Below are positions 48,840-57,639 of a stretch of 64,000 bases of DNA, in pieces. This DNA comes from an uncultured Chloroflexia bacterium (GTDB lineage Bacteria; Chloroflexota; Chloroflexia; QHBQ01; JADMIH01): NCBI GenBank assembly GCA_963797095.1, contig CAWCNY010000006.1, forward strand, positions 576,001 through 640,000, given 5' to 3'. Both the position numbers and the translations under genes were made by a program. A model generated the notes under the pieces. The model ran no database searches. It worked only from the letters and a program-made list of their open reading frames with translations, and was not told the DNA's origin. How positions within the stretch are numbered: position 1 is the first letter of the stretch; every line of letters starts with the position of its first letter.

Positions 48840-49234
48840 AATGTAACCTCTAGGTGGTGCGGATTGTCGATTGGGGTATGCCTAACACCCGCTTGATAAT
48901 TTTGTGGTTAGAAGACGATTGAAGAGTGATTGTAAAGTTGCAATGGGCCATTATTTGCAAAGTTGCTATTTGCGCTGGGTTGCTGTCGCTCGAATTCATA
49001 CATAAAGAGAGGCAGGGAATCGGGTCTGCCGTATCGTGAGTATAGCACATAAAAAGGTCATAACCCCCAAATATGGGACAAAGGGGAGTGCCTGGTGGGA
49101 GAGAAGTACTGCCTGCGCTTGCTGAATTGGGTGCGGGAGATTAGAATGGGGGCGATCGGGCGAAGGGCGTAAAGAACCACGAGTAAAGGGTGGGGAGTAA
49201 AGGTGCCCCAATTTGACGTTTGCGGAATGAATAG

Positions 49235-50047
49235 ATGTCGCAGATCCAATACATATTTAACCAGATAACGGTCTCCACAGTGCTGGATGTGCTGGCGGTG
49301 GCGCTGATTTTCTACTGGCTGCTGGCGGTTGTGCAAGGCACGCGGGCTGTACAACTGGTGCGGGGGATCATAATATTGTGGCTGGCGTCGGCGCTGGTTT
49401 CGACCCTGTTTCAGCTATCGACATTGACATGGCTGATACGCAATTCGGGGGTGGCGCTGCTGGTGGCGATCCCGATCATATTCCAGCCGGAGCTAAGGCG
49501 GGCGCTGGAGCAGTTGGGGAGGACGGGGAACTGGCTTGGGCGTGGGCAGTTGGGGTCGTGGGGCGGGCGGAAGGTGCTGGAACGTGCTATCGAGGAAGTG
49601 TCTGCGGCGGCGGGATTGCTTGCGCGGCAGCAGCATGGGGCGCTGATAGTGCTGGAGCGGCAGACGGGGTTGCAGGACTATGCGGATAAGGGTGTGCAGT
49701 TGGACGCGGAAATATCGCGGCAGGTGCTGGCGAATATCTTCTATCCAAACTCACCACTGCATGATGGGGCGGTCATCATACGGAATGGGCGGATCGCAGC
49801 AGCAGGGGCGGTGCTGCCCCTGTCGGATAATGTGACGGGGCCGCAAAATTACGGGACGCGGCACCGGGCGGCAATCGGCATCTCAGAGTTTTCCGACGCG
49901 ATAGCGGTGGTGGTGAGCGAGGAGCGGGGGACCATATCGGTAGCGGCAAACGGTAGGTTGGTGGGTAATCTATCGAGCGAGCGGTTGCGCAAGCTGCTGT
50001 ACGAGCTATTTCACCTGAGAGACCCCGAAGCAAAAGACGGAACTTAA
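49235..50047 (+). CDS. cdaA: Diadenylate cyclase CdaA
   Basis: Three N-terminal TMs, FQPELRRALE, PLHDGA and GTRHRAA catalytic motifs. Confidence 0.95.
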   Translation: MSQIQYIFNQITVSTVLDVLAVALIFYWLLAVVQGTRAVQLVRGIIILWLASALVSTLFQLSTLTWLIRNSGVALLVAIPIIFQPELRRALEQLGRTGNWLGRGQLGSWGGRKVLERAIEEVSAAAGLLARQQHGALIVLERQTGLQDYADKGVQLDAEISRQVLANIFYPNSPLHDGAVIIRNGRIAAAGAVLPLSDNVTGPQNYGTRHRAAIGISEFSDAIAVVVSEERGTISVAANGRLVGNLSSERLRKLLYELFHLRDPEAKDGT

Positions 50048-50119
50048 CAAAAAAACTACCCAAATGGCCCTAGCATTTGCAGAACTTATGTTCTATGATG
50101 GTGCTAGGAGGTAACCGAA

Positions 50120-50806
50120 TTGGGTGAGAAGATTGAACCAGAAAAGCCAGGTGATCTGGAGCTTGCCCTGGCAGCCCACGCAGGAGACGCCAACGCGCGA
50201 AACGCCCTCTACTTGAGGTACCGGTCGTTGATCGGCAAGCGCATCATACCCGCCAAGCGCCTGGCGCGAACCCTGGCAGAGCAAGGCTCACCAATTGGCC
50301 CCGATGATGTCGAGCAGGAGTCGTTCCTGATCTTCTGCCGCTTGCTTGAGGAGTGGAACCCTGAGACCGCGCCGTTCGCGCCCTTTCTCGCAGAGAAGAT
50401 TACGTACGCCGCTCACGATTATGTGCGTGAAGCGCAGCACCTGAGAAGCTCGCGCGTGCGATGGGCTCCTATAAAGGCCGACCCAGGCCTGCCCCTTAGC
50501 GTGAACTCGCACTGGGGTGCGCAGCACAAGGAAGGGGAAGCCACGGTATCTCCCCTGATAGGCAAACTCTATATGCTGGGGCCAGACGCCGCCGAAGTGG
50601 TCCTGAGCGCGGAGCAGTGGGAAGCCTTAGTCAGCCACTTGAGTGAGGACTGGGCGCGGCTCTTGCGCCTGCGCTTCTGGGAAGACAAGTCCAGCAAGCA
50701 GATCGCGCAAAGCGAAGGCTGCTCTCAGCGCACAGTAGACCGCACTATCAAGTCCGCGCTCGCCGATCTGCGCGAGATCGTCCAGGAAGAATGGGACATG
50801 CCCTGA
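50120..50806 (+). CDS. Alternative sigma-70 family sigma factor
   Basis: AHAGDANARNALY, DDVEQES..F...WNP...FAPF (region 2), LRLRFWEDKSSKQIA..EGCSQRTV (region 4); AGGAGG RBS. Confidence 0.8.
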   Translation: MGEKIEPEKPGDLELALAAHAGDANARNALYLRYRSLIGKRIIPAKRLARTLAEQGSPIGPDDVEQESFLIFCRLLEEWNPETAPFAPFLAEKITYAAHDYVREAQHLRSSRVRWAPIKADPGLPLSVNSHWGAQHKEGEATVSPLIGKLYMLGPDAAEVVLSAEQWEALVSHLSEDWARLLRLRFWEDKSSKQIAQSEGCSQRTVDRTIKSALADLREIVQEEWDMP

Positions 50807-50947
50807 CAATGATGTGATCTCTCAGATCACCGGTAGGGCGTGAGGCACCCCCTGGTGGGCAATGTTGTCGCGTGAAAATACCAGCATAGAAATACCAATA
50901 GTACGATGTACCCCCTGTAAGTACCCGATGGAATGCCACCCAAGCCA

Positions 50948-50999
50948 AGTCCCGAAGGGACGTAAGCCCAGGGCTACGCTCTTACGTCCCTTCGGGACT
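50948..50999. repeat. REP-like palindrome (GTCCCGAAGGGAC type)
   Basis: agtcccgaagggacgtaag-cccagggctacgct-cttacgtcccttcgggact, 19-bp arms, each arm itself a mini-hairpin. Confidence 0.75.
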
Positions 51000-51134
51000 A
51001 TGCTCGGAATGATGTACAAACAGGGCACCCGTTAGCAATGCCTGCGCTTGTGCCACGTTCGTGGGTTTATGCGACAACATTGGAGGCGCCCCTCGTCCTG
51101 AGGGGCCCGCTGACGACCTTCTGCAAAAACACAC

Positions 51135-51566
51135 TTACTCTGCAACGCGCAAAGCACATTCAGAAATGGAGGTGATAACATCCTGGGGCGTAGGCGGGTC
51201 GCCGGGCACACGAAAAGTGATCTCCGCATAATGGTTCAAGGGATAAGACGATAGCCCTGGCATCTCCAACTTGGCCCACTGTCCGCCGTTTATGGCAGCA
51301 TCACCGACGGCAATAATGGCGGACGGCTGTGGCAGCGAAGCCAGCTCCCGCAAGGTAGGATCGAGATTGCGTGCAAGCAGCAGTCCGGTCAGCAGGAGAA
51401 TATCAGCCTCCGCCGCCGACTGCACAAATCGCACGCCCATCTCACGCAGCCGCACCTCGAATCGAGGCGCAAGCAGCGAAGCGCACACCTCAGCATCCGC
51501 ATCCGGCCCGCCCATATGCAGATGGTACACAGCCACAGACTTCCGACGTGCCAAACCAGCAAACAT
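51135..51566 (-). CDS. NuoB/HycG-like small subunit lacking the Fe-S cysteines
   Basis: APRF....MGVRFV.S...ADILLLTG, AIIAVGD.A..GG, VPGDPPTP align with NuoB/HycG; the ligand Cys positions are replaced. Confidence 0.8.
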   Translation of the reverse strand: MFAGLARRKSVAVYHLHMGGPDADAEVCASLLAPRFEVRLREMGVRFVQSAAEADILLLTGLLLARNLDPTLRELASLPQPSAIIAVGDAAINGGQWAKLEMPGLSSYPLNHYAEITFRVPGDPPTPQDVITSISECALRVAE

Positions 51567-51577
51567 CTACGTCTCCT

Positions 51578-51609
51578 ACTCGTCACTCGTCACTCGTCAC
51601 TCGTCACTC
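51578..51609. repeat. Heptamer tandem repeat (ACTCGTC)x4
   Basis: Read directly. Confidence 0.85.
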
Positions 51610-53086
51610 ACGGCCCCGTCAGCCACGGCACCGCCGCCCACTGCAAGATTGGTTCCAGCCGAGATGCCGATACCAGGAACAGCGCGACCTGGGCCACTGC
51701 TAGCGCAAGCGTTAGCAGAAGCACCGGATCGGTAAGCCGTTCCGCCCAGTCGCTCTCTTCGACCATTGCATCATGCGACCATAGTCGGTCGCGGTTTGCC
51801 AGCCAGGAGGCCCCCACGAGTCCTGACCCCGCCAGCAGCATACCCAGCCACAGCCCTCCCGAATTGGCAGCGCTCTGGGCTATCAGCACCATACCCGCAA
51901 AGCCGCCAAACGGTGGAAGCCCCACCAGAGAAGCCACACCTATGATCACAGCCCATCTACCCCCTGCTACTAATAGGGGCACCGCCAGTGCGACGTTGCT
52001 CGCGACCAGGATAGCCCCCACCGCCCCGGTCTGCGAGCCGGAAAGGACCCCATACACCGCCCAGGACACCGCAACGGCTACAGTCATCGCCTTCAGGTTA
52101 GCGATCCTCGCATCCACCTCATCAGAAGCCCGCTTTGGCCGCTGGATAGTTCCCAGGGCGCGTAACCCCGCGAGTAGCGCGCCCATCGCGCCGAGCCACC
52201 CCGCAGCCGCGCCGCGTGCCAGGCTCCCCTCCACCGGGGCCAACAACAGCAGACCTGCTACCAGGGCCACCGGCGCGCACGCTCCAAGCGCGACGAGTGC
52301 TGCTGCGGGCGCAGACTTTATCAGGTCACCCCACGAGGCGGTGAAAGGCATACTACCTGCCCACACCAGCAACCCCACGGCGAGCAGACCTATACCGAAT
52401 TGCAGCAGCCCGCGATTCTCCAGGCTGAAACCGTAGCGCTCAATGAGAGCGGCACTAACAACCCAGATCGAAGCGGCGATAATAGCCAGAGCCAGGTGCT
52501 TGAAAGCCGCGGCGTACCCCCTGGCTTCCTGCCTGTTTTCAATACTATCTTCTCGGTCTTCTGCGGAATTCCCATCTTGCCTTGTTGCGCCTGTGGAACG
52601 CTCAGGCAGCGCCAACGCGGCTACTATTAGCGCCGGTCCAAAGAGAAGCAGTGGTGTGATAAAGGGATCGGCGGCCAACACGGCGCAGGTAAGGAGCGTT
52701 GCCGTACCGCCTAGGCCAACCGGTACCCAGGCCGCGCCTCTTTGCGATTCTACTTCCTCCGAGCTGGAAGGTATGATCCAGTAAAAGAGTGCAGCGCACA
52801 GCAGCGAAACATCGGCGGCAGTCAATATGTAGCGCGTTGGCGCTGACGTGGTAACAGCGATGCCGAAAAGATTGGCACCAACAGCCTCCGGTGTGAGGGC
52901 CAGGAATGTCGCTTCCAGGAGGAGTCCCGCGCACACAGCCAGCAAGCCACCGAGCCGCAGCCACGGACCGTAGTCGTCGGCAATCCTTTGCAGGCGCCGG
53001 GCCTCCATCAGCAGAGTACCAAGCGCACCCGCGATGAGGGGCACGATTATCGTCCAGAGGAGGGCCGGGCTATTCATCTTCGACAT
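51608..53086 (-). CDS. Divergent NuoN/HyfF-like antiporter-type membrane subunit
   Basis: AAFKHL, SMPFTASWGD....AP, SLVGLPPFGGF motifs; ~14 TMs. Confidence 0.7.
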   Translation of the reverse strand: MSKMNSPALLWTIIVPLIAGALGTLLMEARRLQRIADDYGPWLRLGGLLAVCAGLLLEATFLALTPEAVGANLFGIAVTTSAPTRYILTAADVSLLCAALFYWIIPSSSEEVESQRGAAWVPVGLGGTATLLTCAVLAADPFITPLLLFGPALIVAALALPERSTGATRQDGNSAEDREDSIENRQEARGYAAAFKHLALAIIAASIWVVSAALIERYGFSLENRGLLQFGIGLLAVGLLVWAGSMPFTASWGDLIKSAPAAALVALGACAPVALVAGLLLLAPVEGSLARGAAAGWLGAMGALLAGLRALGTIQRPKRASDEVDARIANLKAMTVAVAVSWAVYGVLSGSQTGAVGAILVASNVALAVPLLVAGGRWAVIIGVASLVGLPPFGGFAGMVLIAQSAANSGGLWLGMLLAGSGLVGASWLANRDRLWSHDAMVEESDWAERLTDPVLLLTLALAVAQVALFLVSASRLEPILQWAAVPWLTGP

Positions 53087-53882
53087 CCTCCGGTGCCGGC
53101 TCAGCCTCGAAGTCTGTCAGGTCAGCCTCCTCTGCAGCGGGTTGATCGACAGGTGCTACCACGACCAGTTCTGTTGAACGTGGAATTATCCCGTCGCGGG
53201 CATCGAAGATTGCGTTCAGGTTGAGCGTATCATATCGCTCGCCAACGGTGAGCCAGAGGTAGCTGGCAAGCGTACCGGCCCCAATCCTGGCGAGCGCGCC
53301 CAGTGCCAGCACCACACCGGGCGGCGTGCTGTTGCCCATCACGTACAAGAGGAGAAACGCCCCATTGAAAAGCGATAGGATACCAAGCCCCAATTTGACC
53401 GCCGATCTCCCCCCGTCAACAGTCAATACCAGCACAGCTGTGAGCACCACCCAGAAGAAAGCCAGCAAATCGCCTTCGTTGATGCCAAAGGGGTTAATCC
53501 GGGCGAGGCCATAACCCGCCACGCCTGCCAGTAATGCCAATCCCCACAGGAGAATCCAATCCTGTGGTTGGAATGTCCTCGAACGTCGTGTGCGCCTGCG
53601 TACAGCCGGGCGCGTGATACTGGCGGGTGGGTATGTTTGGTCGTCGGGCGATGCCGTCCGAAAGATAGTGAGCGCTATAACTACACAGGTCGAGAGGGCG
53701 GCTACAAACTCGACCAATGCAACCAGGCTGCCCGCGCCAGCCGATGGTGATATCCACACGAGCCAGCCTATCCCTGCCCACTGGAGAAAGAAAGCGCCCA
53801 AAGCGAGCCTCGTGTCCTTCTGGGTAAGTAGGAGGAACCCGCCGGTAGCGATAATAATGGTAGGTAGTAGATTTGGCATCAT
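53070..53882 (-). CDS. HyfE-like membrane subunit (divergent)
   Basis: ~7 TMs, R.A..AF.LQ pattern, located between two antiporter-like genes. Confidence 0.55.
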   Translation of the reverse strand: MMPNLLPTIIIATGGFLLLTQKDTRLALGAFFLQWAGIGWLVWISPSAGAGSLVALVEFVAALSTCVVIALTIFRTASPDDQTYPPASITRPAVRRRTRRSRTFQPQDWILLWGLALLAGVAGYGLARINPFGINEGDLLAFFWVVLTAVLVLTVDGGRSAVKLGLGILSLFNGAFLLLYVMGNSTPPGVVLALGALARIGAGTLASYLWLTVGERYDTLNLNAIFDARDGIIPRSTELVVVAPVDQPAAEEADLTDFEAEPAPEDVEDE

Positions 53883-55711
53883 CGTGTGATCGCCAGCAGC
53901 GTCAATAGCGCCAGCAGTACATCCAGGGGCAGAAAATATCGTCCTTCCAGGCGTTCCATAAGCCTGCCCAACGCTGCTCCCAGCCTGCCAAGGAGCGCCC
54001 CTGCGTCATAAATACCGCGCTCAAGCCAGGCTAGCGAAAGCCACCATACGAAGGCAGGCGGCGCGGGGCGCAAGGCTTGTGGGGTTTCCGAGGGCGCTTC
54101 TCTGGTCCTGGGTCGTCCTTCTTGCCCCGCCTTCAATAAACCCGCTGAACGATCCTGAAGCCTGTCAAGCGCCGTAGGGAGCAACGCACCTGCCTCTACG
54201 CGTGACGTGGCCGATGCTCGAATGAGCCAGCCCAGCAACGCAAGCAGAATCAACCCCGCACCCAGCATGGTGAGCGGCAGCATCACATCCCCTTCGACAA
54301 TGCCAGGCCAGGGCAGCCCCAGCGACTGACCTATGCCTGCGACATCTGCCATCCTCTCCACGTATGGCAGCCACAAACCCGGTAGGATGCCGCCCATGAC
54401 GACAATGCCTGCGAGCACGTAGCCTATCAGGTCCAGCACCACACGGTAACGTTGGTCCGCTGAAGCGTCAGACGTTGTCCGCTCTTGCGCCGTCGATTGG
54501 GCGAGATGCAAGGCTGTACCGCAGGCTGACAGGACGGCCGCCCCCAGCAGGATAATCGTGAGGGAGGGAGTGCGCGATTCCAGTAAGCTTGTGGACAGCA
54601 GCCACAAGCCAACGAAACCGGCGGTGATGGGCACACCCGCCAGTGATAAGCCCGCTACCGTGCGGGTCATCCAGGCATAGCCGGGCGCTCGGTCAGCCAT
54701 TTCCAGGGCGAGCATCCCAAGCCCGAAGGTGGCGAACAGGGCCAGCGCAGCCCATCGCCCGGCGGGACTATCCATTCCAAGCGCCCACACGACCAATCCC
54801 AGCCAGTACGCAGTTATGGCGGCCTGCCACCGCGAGGTGCCTGCCCACATGTAGACGCCTGCGCCGCCCACTACGGCAGTAATGCCTCCGAGCACCGCCA
54901 GGGTCGCCATCGTGCTTGCCCACTCGCCGGGCGTCGAGCCTGTGAGCGCCCCTTCGGTGATCAGCGCCTGCAACCGGAGTATAAGCAGCAACACGGGCGC
55001 GCCCAGGGCCAACCCCTGTACTGCCTGCATAGCCCCCTCTCCTGTGAGCGCGCTCCAGCCTGTGAATGGCACCAGCCCCACCCACAACACCACCCACCCC
55101 ACGACCAGCGCAAGGGGCCAGAGGGTAAGCGCGGATAGCGACAGTGTATCCAGGCTGTATTCGCCGCCGGTGGTCCGTCCTACCAGCAGAACAGCGCCCA
55201 ACAGGAGGACCGCGCCGGTTGCAATCGCCACCCTTTGCCGGGCGAACCAATCGGCTTTGACTTCGTCTGAAAGCGCCCACACAAGGAGCACAACCAGCAG
55301 AATCTGAGCGGCGAACGCACGCAAATCCAGCGTAAAAGCGAGGCTATAGAGCGCAGCGATCAGCCCCACGCTGGCGGCAATCTTGAGGGGTGGGTTCTGT
55401 TCGTCCGCTCCTGATCCCACCTTAAGTACGGCGAGCAGGCCAATTGCCAGCACCCACCCACCAAGCCCATTCGAGAGGGCATCGCTTCTGAAGACAGATG
55501 CCCCAAGCCAGGCCGCGATATTATCGCCGGCTACCGGTTTGCCCGCCCCATATGCGAATCCTTCAAGTATGAGGCTCGTTGTGAACGCGGCCGCTATTGC
55601 CAGGATGGCAACGATACGTGCGATCCAGTCGCGGCGCGTCCCGGCAGGCAACAGGCCGAGGGCAGCGCACACCAATGCCCCTATTATCAATGTCAGTAAA
55701 GCGTATACCAT
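53879..55711 (-). CDS. Divergent NuoL/HyfB-like antiporter-type membrane subunit
   Basis: FRSDALS, GLVPFTGW, SLAGVPITAGF, GILPG motifs; ~16 TMs. Confidence 0.7.
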   Translation of the reverse strand: MVYALLTLIIGALVCAALGLLPAGTRRDWIARIVAILAIAAAFTTSLILEGFAYGAGKPVAGDNIAAWLGASVFRSDALSNGLGGWVLAIGLLAVLKVGSGADEQNPPLKIAASVGLIAALYSLAFTLDLRAFAAQILLVVLLVWALSDEVKADWFARQRVAIATGAVLLLGAVLLVGRTTGGEYSLDTLSLSALTLWPLALVVGWVVLWVGLVPFTGWSALTGEGAMQAVQGLALGAPVLLLILRLQALITEGALTGSTPGEWASTMATLAVLGGITAVVGGAGVYMWAGTSRWQAAITAYWLGLVVWALGMDSPAGRWAALALFATFGLGMLALEMADRAPGYAWMTRTVAGLSLAGVPITAGFVGLWLLSTSLLESRTPSLTIILLGAAVLSACGTALHLAQSTAQERTTSDASADQRYRVVLDLIGYVLAGIVVMGGILPGLWLPYVERMADVAGIGQSLGLPWPGIVEGDVMLPLTMLGAGLILLALLGWLIRASATSRVEAGALLPTALDRLQDRSAGLLKAGQEGRPRTREAPSETPQALRPAPPAFVWWLSLAWLERGIYDAGALLGRLGAALGRLMERLEGRYFLPLDVLLALLTLLAITR

Positions 55712-55734
55712 CTACATTTCAGGCTTATCTGCCA

Positions 55735-56862
55735 TCATCGCTCGGTGCAAGGCAGACAAAGGTCAAGAGATAACAGCAAGAGCCTCAAGTCCTCCAAATG
55801 CGCGCCGCGTAGCAGGCCCGGCAAGATTGCCAGCGATGGATATGATCCGGCGCTCAGGTGGATGCCGCGCAACCCCTCCGGCGCGCCGTCCACCCAGCAA
55901 AATACCTCGCCGCGCGGCCCCTCCACTCTGCTTATCCCCTGCCCGGCGCGCAATTCAGCCGCTCCCCTTGTCCTTACAGGCCCGCCGGGCAGGTCGTCCA
56001 GCGCTTGCTCGACCACCCGGAAACTCTCCAGGCATTCCAGCAGGCGCACCGCCAGTCGCGAGAAGGCATCGCCGTTGCGCTGTACAATCATGGTCACTGC
56101 CTCGTCCTCATACGCGCCAGTGGGGAAAGCCGCCCGAAGGTCCAGCGCCACTCCGCTGGCACGCGCCACCGGTCCGCGCAGCCCGGCAGCTACAGCCTCC
56201 CTACCTCTAATCACCCCCAGGCCCACCAGCCGGTCGGCGATACCCTTGTTATTGATAATAGACACTATATGCGCGCGTAGGGGTCGTTCTACATGGCGCA
56301 TCGCCAGCGCCAGCGACCTGCTCGCGGTTTCGTCGCTATTGTGACTGAGGCCGCCGAAAGTTATTAGCCCAGGTTGCTGGCGCGCTCCCGCCCACTCGCT
56401 CAATGCGTGCACCACGCGCTCCCGCAGGTCGCGCAACGCTGCTTCGCGCTCAGGCAAGTTCAGTGCTTCCATTGTGTCGGCGGCGTTTCCCAGGTGCGCG
56501 ATGATCCGCTCGATCTCGGCCAGCACTAGCCGTAGGTAGGCGGCGCGTGGCGGCACCAGCAGGTGCGACATGCTTTCCACAGCCTGCACAAAACACAGCA
56601 AGTTGGCCTGCGAGCAAGGAGCGCACAGGCTCTCAACCACCGACAGGGCGCGTATCCAATCCAGCCCCCCATCGGCGACCCGCTCCTCAAGGCCAATGTG
56701 GTTGTACCCGTATTCCGCTTCGGCGACCTCTATCGTGGCCGAAGTCGTCAGCATATCGCTTGCGGCTTTGACTTCGAGCCTGATCTGCATGGGCCAGGGA
56801 AGCCAGGGGCTGTAGGGGCCGATCAATTGTGGTTTGTGTATTGCAGGTTGCGAATCGATCAT
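55735..56862 (-). CDS. NuoD/group-4 [NiFe]-hydrogenase large subunit-like protein
   Basis: IGP, GYNH.GLE, LCAPC, RA.YLR...AEIERI..HL, GPVARASG..DLR, EGPRGE, terminal SLDLCLPCTER. Confidence 0.85.
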   Translation of the reverse strand: MIDSQPAIHKPQLIGPYSPWLPWPMQIRLEVKAASDMLTTSATIEVAEAEYGYNHIGLEERVADGGLDWIRALSVVESLCAPCSQANLLCFVQAVESMSHLLVPPRAAYLRLVLAEIERIIAHLGNAADTMEALNLPEREAALRDLRERVVHALSEWAGARQQPGLITFGGLSHNSDETASRSLALAMRHVERPLRAHIVSIINNKGIADRLVGLGVIRGREAVAAGLRGPVARASGVALDLRAAFPTGAYEDEAVTMIVQRNGDAFSRLAVRLLECLESFRVVEQALDDLPGGPVRTRGAAELRAGQGISRVEGPRGEVFCWVDGAPEGLRGIHLSAGSYPSLAILPGLLRGAHLEDLRLLLLSLDLCLPCTER

Positions 56863-56898
56863 GCGTGAAAAGTAAGATGTGTTCCGTACTCAGGCCGC

Positions 56899-57453
56899 TT
56901 ACCGGAAAATCACCGACAGGCGCACTTGAAGCTCGCCTTCGGAAAGCCGGGCCGACGGGTAGATGCTTCCTATGGAATCCAGGATGCCGGTTGACGTGGT
57001 GATAATTATCGTATACACAATGGATTCGGTGGCGTAGAAGTAACGAACTACAGCCTCGCCCATCGAACGCGGTGGCGCATCCGGTGGCACACTGTCAGTC
57101 TTGCGTTTGCGCCTGCGGCGGCCAAGTGGTGGCATCTCCTCGACTGCGCTGCCCCGGCTTTCCGGAGTCGTGGCAAATGCTTGAGCGAGGCGCGCACGCT
57201 CGCCCGTCATGCTGATGAAGATCGCACCGGCACGCCGGAAAGCGCCGGCGATCTCGGCAGCATGCGCGTCGCGGAAATAGAGCCTGACCTCGCGGTCGTC
57301 CTCTTCGCGCACCACCGCGAAGGCCGCAAGCTCTCTACCCAGCGTCTCTTCAGCACCCTCAGGTTCGTCGTACCAGCCGTTTTCGCCCGGCTCATCCCAG
57401 CTTGGTAGATCATCACCGGGTATGTGGGACGCGCCGTTATTGTGTCCATCCAT
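56899..57453 (-). CDS. NuoC/EchD-like subunit (divergent)
   Basis: FISMTG, VRYFY, SIGSIYPSA.L.E.EL...L.V.F resembles the NuoC S....PAA.W.ERE..D.FGI.F motif. Confidence 0.62.
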   Translation of the reverse strand: MDGHNNGASHIPGDDLPSWDEPGENGWYDEPEGAEETLGRELAAFAVVREEDDREVRLYFRDAHAAEIAGAFRRAGAIFISMTGERARLAQAFATTPESRGSAVEEMPPLGRRRRKRKTDSVPPDAPPRSMGEAVVRYFYATESIVYTIIITTSTGILDSIGSIYPSARLSEGELQVRLSVIFR

Positions 57454-57639
57454 AGAATTATTACTCGGTAGATCGCCTTATTCATATAATTTTAGCTTTT
57501 GGGCGACAGGGGTTACTATAACAGCCGTTCGCGGGGAGCGTCAAGCGTGGTGGATACTGCGTATTGCGTATTCTCGGCCACTTCTATCGCTGTCGATCAT
57601 CAATCGCCGGGAGGTCATTGGTGCTATAATTAGTGAGCT

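Noticed and set aside
48850-49230. Possible riboswitch or ncRNA upstream of cdaA
   Set aside because: Purine-rich, but no recognisable aptamer consensus.
51135-57453. Calling this a canonical NADH dehydrogenase or active hydrogenase-4
   Set aside because: NuoH/NuoI are missing, the Fe-S ligands are lost and no maturation genes are present in the window, so no gene symbols were assigned.
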